Positions 24,851-36,815 of a DNA stretch of 64,000 bases are shown piece by piece. The DNA lies in contig CP154954.1 in assembly GCA_039621445.1 (NCBI GenBank), positions 22,952,954-23,016,953 of the forward strand. The letters run 5' to 3'. A program made the translations under genes and the position numbers. The notes beneath the pieces were generated by a model. It searched no databases. It saw nothing but the letters and a program-made list of their open reading frames with translations, and was not told the origin of the DNA. Each line of letters opens with the position of its first letter. Position 1 is the stretch's first letter. The stretch comes from Euglena gracilis. Lineage: Eukaryota.

Positions 24851-24930
24851 AAAAATGGCCGAAAATGGCCGAAAATGGCCGAAAATGGCCGAAAATGGCC
24901 GAAAATGGCCGAAAATGGCCGAAAATGGCG
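24851..24930. repeat. (AAAATGGCCG)n decamer array within CACCTATAG...CTATAGGTG inverted termini; sister array at 23157-23221
   Basis: Direct inspection. Confidence 0.8.
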
Positions 24931-26495
24931 AAAATCTGGGGGTCAACTATAGGTGCTTGATAATGATGATGACTTTTCGGTGGAAGCAGAAATTCATATC
25001 CGCAACAACGTCCCCGCAAATTTCCACAATTTCCGCAGTTTTCCCGCATTTTCCACCTTTTTATTTTTTTTCTCCCTCGATCCACATGAATTTGAAACAG
25101 GAGCGTTCTGAGTTCCGGCCATTCCTCAAATGGTTCGCAAGGGAATGCAAGTGCTTTTTTTTGCTATTTTTTTGTAAAAAAGAAATTGCAAAAGTTATCA
25201 AAGTTTGCCATATGTTGCAATTTTCAATTTGGGGCTTTTTTTATTTTTGTTCTTTTTTGGTGAATGGCACCTCAAACGTAAAACGAAACGAAAAAACTTC
25301 AAATGGAAAAGGAGGGAGGTAGCAGAAATGTGCACTCCCAATGTCAATTTTTCCATAGTTTTTCTGTAATTTTTTTCTCGCAGGCCTCCGACATCAATTT
25401 CACCCCTGTATCTCCCAATCGCAAGTTTCGGTTCCTGGCTTCGCTTTGCACCAAGGTCTATGAAAAAGGAGACATGCATTTTGAGAATTGGGAGTTAAAT
25501 GTTGGAAAAAGAACAAAAAATTCAATTCGGAAATTCAAACAGTTCTGCTGCCAGAAAGGAGTGGATAAAAAAGCCAGAAGACAGCACAAGACCAATGCAA
25601 AGCTGGTTTCCAAGTTCTGGCAACCTTGCAGACACAGCCTCTGGAACCCCCACCAAAAAGACAGGTGCAGCGATGTGTGTGTTTGGCAATCTCACCCTCC
25701 CGGCTCAGGGGTTGCTGGTGTGCATGTTCGTGGGTTGTTGGGGTGTTGGGGGGGGGATTGGGAAGGCAGCCTGCCAGAGAAGTGTCTCCCGGCGCCTTTC
25801 GTCCTACCCGCAGGTTCGCTGTCCACAGTTCCCTTCGCCGCCGGGGGGGCCGGCCCCGTTTGGCACGTCGCCATGCCCCAGTGCCCAGGCGGGTCTCGCC
25901 GCTCCCTTTGGCCTTCCTCCAACGCAACGCAGTGCTTTGCACAAGCCCATCAGACCGCCGGCGGCCTTGGTTTGCCCAACGGGGTGGCTTGTCAAAGGCA
26001 CCGCCCCCTCCGCTGCGTTGTCCGGGGTCCATCCCGCCATCCCGCGGTGTTCAATGGCAGGGTCCAGTCCTGCTCGCCACAATGTGGGCTCCCTCGCGCT
26101 GGGTTCAATTTGCAATGGGGAAGGGGTGGGAAAAAGGGAAACCTTGGCTCTCGCACTCCCCCAGCCAGCTCTGTGGCAGAGCGGGCTGGGGGCATTGCTG
26201 TGTCGTGTGGTGCCGTGAAAGTGTGCGGGCAGTGTGCACACACCATCACCGCAGCCCACAGAGGCTGGCTTTGGGGCAGGGGGTTGGGTGTACGCCACAG
26301 ATTTCTCAGATGCACAACGACTTAGTTCCCTCACTGCACGTGTGGGTCAATTCCCAGAAAGTTTTTTGACTTTTTGAGGTCAAATGATAATATTTGGGTC
26401 CTAATTCAGGGCGAGAAATGACAAACCCAATGGTCTGCAGGGCCCGTCCACCCCACCCCTTCAGGGAGGTCAGAGAGAAATCCCTGGTTATGTTG

Positions 26496-26632
26496 CAGGG
26501 GGGGGATATGCAACTTGCATAATTTGCATTTTTTAGCATCATCAGGTTTTTTCCGAAATTCTCATTTTTTTGCATTTTTTTGAATTTTTTTGACTTGCAT
26601 AATTTGAAGGGCCAAGTTGCATATTCCCCCTG
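26496..26632. mobile_element. hAT-like MITE
   Basis: TIR CAG(G)nATATGCAACTTG, perfect 8-bp TSD TTATGTTG. Confidence 0.9.
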
Positions 26633-29600
26633 TTATGTTGCTGGTTGGGGGGGGTGATGAGATTTGCTATTTACCCCAACTCCTGCTGGGGGCACATTTC
26701 CATCGCGATGGAAGTCCCCCTACCCCCCCCCCTTTGCCCACCAACCACCCCAAACAACGACCACCCCCGGTTGGGGTTGCAGGTAAGAGGGGTGCGTACG
26801 ACCACCCCCCTGGTCATGGGTTGTAGGTGGCTTCAAAGATTGGGTTGTTTTTGGCACCCAGTCATGCGACCACCCCCCCCCCTGTTTGGGGGTACCTGGT
26901 CGGTGGGCGAGAGGGGGGGTTACATAATCCCTGGGTCCTGTGGGCGCCACCCCCCATTTATTTCTGCGCGAATCCCTGTACAAATCTTGGATCCTGATGG
27001 CGGACCTGAGAGGTTAAAGGAGACCTGAGGGTACAAGAGATATTTCTCAACCCAACTCACCTCCAACGGGGCGATGTTCACCACACACGCAGTTCCCTCT
27101 CACCCACATCCTGGGAAGTCCCAAGACAACTACGGGATTGGAGACCTGCCTGCAGGCGTCTGTGCCTCCACCCACCGGGGGGGCGTTGACCCCCAAGGGT
27201 CGCCCTGACGGAAGACCTCCATGCGGCGGCCGCCCCCCTGCCAGAGCCTGCCTCGCCCTCCCCACCGACGGGAACGGATCCAACTCACGTGCAACGGTCC
27301 GATTTCTGCACAAGAGAATTTATGCTTTGCCTTCGAAAGCTACCTTGGGGATTATATGTTTTGGCGGGGATGGGGGAATCAGATGTCGGTTTTCAGTATT
27401 TGGGGGTTTATTTTGACACCATTCGGCCGAGCTGTTATGGGCGTTTTACTGTGTGCGTGCATGGATTGCTGTTGCCGCAGTGATAGTCCTGAGTGGAGGG
27501 GTGCGATGGATTTTGTCATTTGGGTCAGAAACAGGACATGCTGGGAGAGCAGAATTGAGAGGTGCACGTAACCCCCCCCCCCAAATAACACCCCCCCCAA
27601 ATAACACCCCCCCCAAATAACACCCCCCCCAAATAACACACCCCCCCTCGGGGGCCGATTTCGAACGCCCAAATAACACACCCCCCTGTTTTCCTTTGGT
27701 TTTCCAGCCCTTTACCCCCCCCCCCCCCCCCCCCCCGGCTCTTTTTCCCGCCCAATTCGAACCCCATAATAACAACCCTGACCTGTGTTCTTTGTTTTGC
27801 CGCTTGTTTTCCATGTAAAAATACCACCCCCCATTTTCCCCAAATAACACACCCCCCCTTTTAGCGAGGCAACCACAGTTCGGGTGCCCAAATAACACAC
27901 CGGGGGGGGTGTTATTTGGGGGGGGGTTTAGAAAGTTGAGGCAGTGTTGGTAATTGAGCAAAATTGAAGAAACAACCCGCAGAGGTCATCTGGAAAAGTT
28001 TAATCCCCACAGAGGGCCTTGGAATCCCGCCCAAGTGCATGGCTGCGATGGCTTTGCATTATGAGGGGAGGTTGCAAGTGAACGTTGGTTTTGTACAAGG
28101 GGGAGGGGGCCAACCCCCAAGGGGAGGGGGGGTCCAGCTCCTCTCCAGGCCAAGGCTGAGGGGGGCGGTCCTGGGGGGGGGTCCCCTGAGACCCAAACTA
28201 TTCTTCTTCCACTGGCGCTTTGTGCGCTTTGCGCCACGCATGTTTTTTATAAGTTTTTGTCCATTTTTTCTAATCAAACCCCTGAAAACATGGTTTTGGG
28301 GGGGGGGCATTTTCTGAAGCTCAAGAAAATCTTCCAGCCGGGTTTTCCCAGGGGGAGGGAAGGGGTCAACCCACCCCCCACTCAGCGCCTAGGGGGTTGG
28401 CCTGGGACCTCCCCCTTCCCCCATTGAATACCCTGGGCGGATCGCTCAGCCATTCCTCCACCTCCGCCATGCTTTGCTGTCCTGTGTTGTTGGGGAGAAG
28501 GAGGGGGCCCAGGAATTCACCGGTCCCGGCCACCATTGCGTCTCAACGGAGGCCCTGTCACTGTCTCGCGGCCAGCGCTGCGGTTCTGGCGAGGCATCTG
28601 TGGGCTGCCCAGAGATGGCAGCGGAAGCCATGCCCCTGGGAAACCCTAACACAAGGCGTTGGTGTTCTATTACGGATTGTCGTTTGTGAAAGCTTTCCAG
28701 TTTGCCTTGGTCTGTGGTTACTGATGATTGCCATCAATCAACGTTGTTTGCTTTCATCTTTTTGTCGGAGGGCTTTTGCTCTGACAGATGTTGCTGAGGG
28801 TGTACATGCAAATCCAAGAACTGAAGTAAACCCTCCAAATATGGAACACCCCCCAAAACCTGCCTTCGGGGCGGAATTGGAAGATTTTTTGGGGGGGAAT
28901 TTTCAGGCGGAAGTTTCATCGGCCCCGGCATCATGCAACGTTTTTTTTTCTGCTTTTCACCAAACATGACCCTTTGGGCAATTTTTCGGACATATTTGCT
29001 TTGATTTGGAATCGTTGAAAAAAATATCTATAACCCCCTTTTCTAGAGAAATTGATAAAAAACCTTCTACAATAACGAAAATTGGTGGGTTTTTGCCGGT
29101 TTTGGAAGCGGTGCCTTGCAGAAATTGGAGGGTTTGGTCTCCAACCCAGGGCTGGGCTAGACCGGAATCCTGGAAATCCCTGTGGGTGGTGGGAAGGGGG
29201 TCAACCCCAACCCCTTCTCTCTTTCCCACAGGCATTCATTTTAAGGAATGCCCCCCAAACAATTAAACCACCACAATATACCCCTGGTCCGGGAGTTCGG
29301 CTTCCCAAATAACATTCCCCTCTGCCGCACCCCAGAGAAGGAACTTTTTGATCAAGAACAGCAGCTTTTGGCACTAATGACTGGGAAAAGATTTGAGGCA
29401 GTATGAACCTAAAATGAAGTGTAAAACATATGAAAAACACAGATTGCATAAAAATCTGCATTACGGGGGTTATTTTTGAGTACACCCCAAATAATACACC
29501 CCTCATAATCCCCTTCTAGGCCACGGCTTCAGATGCCAAATAACTTACCAGCTTACCCCCTCCCCCCGATGTTATTTTGGGGGCTTCAGTTTTCCTTCGT

Positions 29601-30519
29601 CTCCAAAAGAGTTTCTTCTTGCACGGTGCCATAAATGGGTGGCAAGGAGGGACCCAGGCTTCTTTTAAAGTCAGCAGACTCCAGTGGGACAGGGACCCAG
29701 GCTTCTTTTAAAGTCAGCAGACTCCAGGGGGATGGGGGTCCTGCGCCAGGGGCATGGGTATGGGTTCTGGTGCGAAAATGCTTTCACATACCCCAATTTT
29801 GCCCCCCCCCGAGGTGTTCCTGTGGTGGGGAAGACCCCCTCCCCCGAGACCAAAACTCTGGCTGAATTCAAGATGTGGCCAATAGTGCCGCCCACGGGGG
29901 GGGGGGGGGGGGGGGGTATGGGAGGGTTCTCTATTTGGGGGGGGGGGGTGAAAGCACTCTTTGATTTGATTTGATTTGATTTGGTTTCGTGTTTTATGCG
30001 TTGGTTTCAATTTGTTCTTGGTTTGTCGTTTCGCCTCATCGTGATCTTTTTTGGAAAACCCATGTGTTCACCCTGGTGTTACATGGGGGATTTGATTTGA
30101 GGGGGGGGGGGGGTTGACGGCTGGTCCCGGGGGTGGGGGGGGGGGTGCTGTGGATAGTCAGCGCCGGCCTAGATGGGCTGTAAAAATTTTGCTGGGGGCT
30201 CGGACAATTTTGCGTTGGTGGGATGGGTGGGTCGGTTGAACCCCACAGTGGCGGGTGCAAAAAAGTGATCGGGTCGTGAGCAAGATAGTGAGCTTTGAAG
30301 TCTCAGCTTGACTAAGCCTGCCTGAAGGATGGAGTGAAGCAGAAGAGTCAACCACACCTTGTCTAAAGGTGTCATTCAACGCCTTTCCTCAGAAAGGAAA
30401 GCTCTTTTTCCCCATGGTAGGTTTGTTTCCAACTCTGGCCCCAATCCTCTTGGTTCTATTTGTCACCCCCATTTTGTTGCACAGGCACGGCTGGATGCTA
30501 ACAGGTGTGGTGTTGCTCA

Positions 30520-30761
30520 ATGTATGTATGTATGTATGTATGTATGTATGTATGTATGTATGTATGTATGTATGTATGTATGTATGTATGTATGTATAGT
30601 GTATGTATGTATGTATGTATGCATGCATGCATGTATGTATGCATGGATGGATGTATGTATGTATGTCTGTATGTATGTATGTAGGTATGTATGTATGTAT
30701 GTATGTATGTATGTATGTATGTATGTATGTATGTATGTATGTATGTATGTATGTATGTATG
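30520..30761. repeat. (TATG)n microsatellite
   Basis: Direct inspection. Confidence 0.95.
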
Positions 30762-32374
30762 CACACCTTCACGCAATATGTATCCCTCCCCAGATGAACC
30801 CTCGACTTCATAACTGGGAGAATTTTTAACCCTTGGGGGTTCTATATATGATCGGGAATCTAATCAATGATTGGGAATGAATATGATCGGGAATGAATTA
30901 ATGATCATTTCATTTCATTTTGTACAATATTACGGTGATATGACAATTATTTTTAATCATTTAACACATTTTCACTCGCCCAAATCAGTGAGAATTGTGG
31001 CACAGATATTTTTTAAAAAAGAACCCGTCCACTCTGACACCAAAGTTGGGAATTTCTGAACCATCTTTTATGAGTGCCCCCCACATTACAGGCCCATGAG
31101 AAATAAAGTATTTTCCTTGATTAAAAATTGCAAGGTCAAAAGATACCCAAACCTACATTTCATGTTTAATTAAAAGAAATTTGCACATTTGACGCTTTGT
31201 TTGGTGGTGATATTTGTGGAATGCCCCCCAATATATGCACCTTCAATTAATGCATCAATGCACCCGGCCGGGGACTTCGGCTGCACAGACAATGTCACCC
31301 CCCCCCGCTGCACTCCTGTAAAGGGAATCAAATTATGGTCGAATGAGTTTGTTCTAATTTGGTTTGGATTATCGTGAACAAAATTTTTGTCTAATTGTCG
31401 TTACCTAATTTATGCTGTTCATTAATGTGCTGTCAGTTTATTAATGGGCCATCAAGCCATCTATGCTGTAATGGGCCAGACACTGTTGGATCAGAGAAGT
31501 TTGAACCCAAAACAGTGCCCCCTAAATGAGAACCCCCTCTGGCTCATTGTTGTGTAGCGGGTGAATGTGGAAGCCTCCCTTTTGGAAGGTTGACCCACAA
31601 AATATGGAGCGCGCACCCCCAGCTTTATATTTGGTCCGAATGTGAAGACCGTCTAGGGCTTTTAAATGGGGGGGGGGGGGCTTCGCATTTTGGAGATCAA
31701 ACTTCTCAGGATGCCCTCCATGCGGGCCAACTGCTATCAAGGATGGATATTGATATTGGTTTTGGGGGGGTCCCGATAAATTTGAATAGATTGACACCCC
31801 GATATCCTCGATAAAACCGATAGGATCATTTTGTGCCCTGATATCTTCTCATTTGTGTGATTTGGATAATCCCAAAATCGCCCCAAAAACATCAAAAAAG
31901 TATGTTCCCCCCCCAATAAAGCCGATATTTCACGATATTTTTTCGGGACCCGATAAATTTAAGGTTTTCGATAAACCCGATATGGGCCGATATCCTTGCT
32001 GATATTTCGCTTAGTAACCCCCCGGGGGGGGGGGTTCGGGTTGGCCACGGGGTATACCCTGCGGTCACTGAAGCTGGGGTTGGTGAGAGGCGTAGGGTTA
32101 GGGTTAGGACCGGCCCGCCGGAGGGCTCGGCTACGCGTGCGACGCGCATCCCTACCCTGCGCGTGCGGGCCTCACTGCTGACTGCCCGCACCACAAATCC
32201 CAGCACCGACCCTTTTGGGGCCACTCCAAACGTCGGCAGGGCTAAGTCCCTTGTGGGACCATCAGCTGGCCTTAATCTTTCTTTCTCCCTTCCTGCCTGC
32301 CAGGCAGGGCCCAGGAGGATGCGCGTCGCACGCTCGGCCGAACCCTCCAGTGGGCCGGTCCTAACCCTACGCCC

Positions 32375-32437
<63 letters not shown>

Positions 32438-32479
32438 ATGCCTGTCTGTCTGTGTCTGTCTGTCTGTCTGTCTGTCTGC

Positions 32480-32551
<72 letters not shown>

Positions 32552-33606
32552 CACTCCAGCTGTCATGTTTTCATCACAGGTAGACGTCGTCCGGAACAGC
32601 CTCCGTCAGGGAGCTCCCTGTTTTTGGCAACTCTCTCAATCGCTTCCCTTTCCTTTTGGTCTGGCACGCTGGCAGCCTATGTTTGCTGCCCATCCGCAGC
32701 TCTCCCACCTTCCCATGGCCAGTAAGGTGCTTCCCCAAGCCACATCCACTTCACAGGACAGACCAATCAGAATCCAAACTGCACCGCTGTGGCTCGCAAC
32801 CCTCAAAGGGTAACCCCCCCCCTAATAAGTGCACGGGTGCACACAGTTTAAGGACGTAGTTTCGGACCCCAAGGGGTGCGCACTTATTTAGGGCAAAGCT
32901 CACAATGCTTGACTTTCCACCACTCTTTTTCAGTTTTCCCCCTTCTTGTGATGCCAAGCTATGATTCAAGTGGTTATGTGTCAAAGTTGGGTTTGGACGA
33001 TGGAAATATCTGGTCTGAGAAGGACCGTTCTGAGAATTGAGTTTGCTTTCCGACCTGAAATGTGACAACGGTTTCTCTTTTGGGAGGTGTGCACTTTTTA
33101 GGGAGGTAGTTTCGGACCCTTGGGGTGCGCACTTATTAGGGCACTGCGCACAATTAGGGCACTGCGCACTTATTAGGGGGGTTTTACGCTGGGATCGGCC
33201 GTGCCAAGGGGGGGGGTCCCTGCTCGCCGACGCTGCTGCCGAGCCAGAGGCCCGCGGCTGCCGAGCAACTCCCACACTCGGGTGACGCCCCTCGTGCGCC
33301 CTTCCCCCAGCCTCCGACTGCCCTCTGCCTGTGCCCCATGCGGCAAACCCACTCGTGTGTAGGACCCAAATCAGCAAAAAAACCAACCGTTCCGGAGCCA
33401 GCGAAAGGTGAAGTCGTCAGGGGGGGTCTCGCCTGACGACACAGGCAGCCCTCGGCCCAGCGCGGGGAGCCCTCCCCGCCGGCGGCTGCCCCCCGCCCAG
33501 GCGGACCGCCGAGGGAGGCCGGGGGCCCCTCCGCGCCCCCACGCCCAGCAGCCCCCACCCACACCCCAACCCTCCCTGTCGGGCGGGGGTTCCCCTCTTC
33601 GGCCAG

Positions 33607-36600
33607 GCCAGTAGGGGGGCCGCTGCCGCCGCCGGCGCCTCCCTCCCCCTCGCCGCAGTGCCGTTCTGGAGGCGGTGAAGGGTGGCGCCTCCCGGGCCCA
33701 TCGTCCCCCTTTGGTGTCGGCTGGTCACTCGGGTGGGACACCTCCCCCCCGTTGGGGATGTGGGCACAGGGTATTGAGTGAGCGTTGGTAGACCTTTTGA
33801 GACCCTTCGACGAGTCCGATAACCGTCAGTCTTGTTCTGCAATTTGGTCAACCAAGCTTGGCGGCGAAGGGGGGCGATTGCAGGAAGTACGCCTTCGTCT
33901 CGGTCATCAGCAACGAGAAGTACGTGGACGGGGCGATCGTCCTCGCTGTGTCGCTACTCAACACCTCTTACCTGTTGCAGGTGGGCCCCTTCTTCCAGGC
34001 AGTTTCTCGGTTTTAAACGTCCCACCAGTCTTCAACGTCGGCAGGGTGTCTGGGATTTGGATGTGGTGGAGTCCCCACCCCGTCAGATCCTTGGTGGTCC
34101 TGTCTTTATCCCCTCCTTGGGGGGCCATTTTCCTTTTTTTTTTGTTGTTGCCTGGCCCCCCTACACAAGGCGGTTAGGAATCTGCCCGTCGGCCAGGAGT
34201 TCCTGCATGCCACAGGGGCGTGGGACTGCAGCAACTGTTGGGGAGGGGATGGGCACACTGGCTGTGCACCCACAATTGATTTGTTATTCCTTCCTTCTGC
34301 TCCTTCTGCTCAGACGATGGTTCTTTCAAAAAGGAGGAGGAAATCGATGTCAAAAAGGAGGTCCCTCTTTGAGGGGAGCCTTTGCGTCCCGGGACCAGTT
34401 GCCTGCCTTGCCTTGCCTGGCTGTCTAAATCCGGTCCACTAGTTCAACAAAATGACGTCCCCCCACCTGGGCCACCTGCTTTCCCATCTGAAGCATTCGA
34501 CAGGCGTAATACAAAACAAAAACCAGAGCTTGTTAAGGAAAAGTGGAGAATGGAGGAAGCAGTGGTTTTGTGGCATTGCCCAAACGGCGGCACGGGCAAA
34601 AAAGGATCGGTTTGGTGACGCTGAAGGGGGACGGTCCATCGTGATCCACCTCGACTCCTGCAGGAGGGTCTGTGTGAGCTCGTGCTGCTCTGCCCACCCA
34701 CCCTCCACCCGGAGAGCCAGCGGCGGCTGCGAGCGGCGGGCAGGCGTTATTTTCAAGGAAATTTTATAAAAATAAATGTCAAGCTTTAACGCCCCTTTTA
34801 AGGTATTTAAAGGCTTTTAAAGGCTTTTTAAGTCGCTATTTTCCAGGGCTGTCCAAGGGCTATCCGGGCATCGAGCCAACATTTCTGATTTTGCATGTCG
34901 TCCAAATTCAGATGAATCAAAAAAAAATTTCTTGGGTTTTATTGGATGGACAATGTTCCAGCGATGCCAGAAATCGGTTTTCTTCCCACAGTTGGTCTGT
35001 TTCTGCCGCGATTTTAATTTGCAATGTTTGCTTGGTCAGAGAAAATTCCACCAGTCCGGATTTTTAAGGCGTTTTGAGGCATTTTGGCCAGAACTTTTCA
35101 GGTGCAGTTTAAGCCATTTTAAAGTTTTTTAAGGCGTGATAAAAAAATCATGCCTGGCCGTGGGCTACCGCCACCTGCGCAGCGTCCCCAGCCTGGCCCC
35201 CCTCGTGCCGGAGAGCCGCTGGCGGTGCCAGGGCCCCACCGCTGCAGAGCGCCACTCCAGTCAGCCCTCCCCCATCTCCAGGGCAGTGCGGGAATAGGCC
35301 AAACAGCCAGGGTGGTGGGTGGGGGGGGTCCAAGCCCTGACCATCCCTGGGGGGTCCGTGCGGGGGTCGATGCATATGCGGCTCAAGGTGCACGTCCGTC
35401 GGGGGGACGTGTGGGCCGCCGTTGCATAGGTCGTGAGGTCTGGGCACCACCCAAAAGTAATATTGCACAATTTTGTGTTTCCCTGTGCTACAGATAGTTT
35501 TGTGCGTGCGTTCATTTGTCCCCCCACCCTCAATCGGGGTATTTTTTTTAAAACAGAAATTCAAACAGGGGGGCGATGTGTGGCCATTTGAAGTACGGAA
35601 GGACTGTCAACCGTTCTTCTGCTCTGAAGAAGCGGGCAGCTAATGAATGGTGCAAAGGGAGCGGCATCGTTACAGGAGTCAAAGCAGAAGAAGAGGGATT
35701 TTTTTTTTTGTGGTGGGGGTTCGAGTGGTTTTCAATTGGTGGGTGGGTTTGGGCTGTTGGACCCACTCCCTCAGGGTCAGTCTGCACCGGTCGGAGGCTG
35801 GGCCGAGCGCAAATTTTTTGGATTTGGTACCGATTGGGGCGGGCTTTGGGGTGGTTGGGTGGGTTGGTAGACCATCCTTAGCCCCCCCCTCCCCCGGAAG
35901 CACCAAGTGAAGCTAAGCAGGCCCCTGGCCCTCGTTCCGCACCAGGCATACCAACACGGTGGGGGGTGGCTGGAGTTTACAGGGGATCTCTGGGTTGGGC
36001 GGCAAGCCCTGCCCGGGACACCTTCGACAAGCTGTACCTGTGGAACCTCACGGAGTACGCCATGGTCGCCTTCTTCGACGCCGACATGCTCGCCCTCGAC
36101 GAGCCGGACTCCGTCTTCAACTTCCCCCTCCCCAATGAGACGTTCGTCGGTGCCCTGGGCTCTGGTGTGCCATCCAAATCACGACCACGCTGGCGCAACC
36201 CCGACCCCACAGCGCCGTGCCGGGGGGGGCGGGGGTTCAGTTTCTCAGTCATTGAATGGAAGCTGAAAAGGCGCAAAGGTGCTGTGGCTTTGCGGTCGGA
36301 ATCACGCAGGGGTGCTTTTGTTGTTGGTCTTGCCGCCGCCATGCAGCAACTGGGGGACCATTTGGTCCGCCACCCCCCCCCAGGGCTGTACGGGATTCTC
36401 CGAAGCCCTTGGATAGTGGTGGGCGTCGACCCCCCCCCAGCCTTCCCGTTTCTCTTGGTCCACCAATTTCAGGTTCCCTTCCCATACAGCCCTGGCCACC
36501 CCACCTCTAATCACAGAAGTTCTCATTCTGATCTTTCCACAGGAAACAAGAAGTATTTCCAGACAGGTATGATGACCATCCTGCCCCACCGTGACATGTT

Positions 36601-36773
36601 TGATGCGCTGGTCCGCCACTTCCACGCGGGCGTCCGGACAGGCCGATACCGCGGGGTCGGCCAGGAGCTTGCCCCGACCAGTATATTTCAGTTGCAGAAT
36701 CTTTTTTTCCTTGTTTTTTTCCCTGCCTGTTTTGCTTCAAACATGTGGCCCAGGAGGAAACCATGTTGGCGAG

Positions 36774-36815
<42 letters not shown>

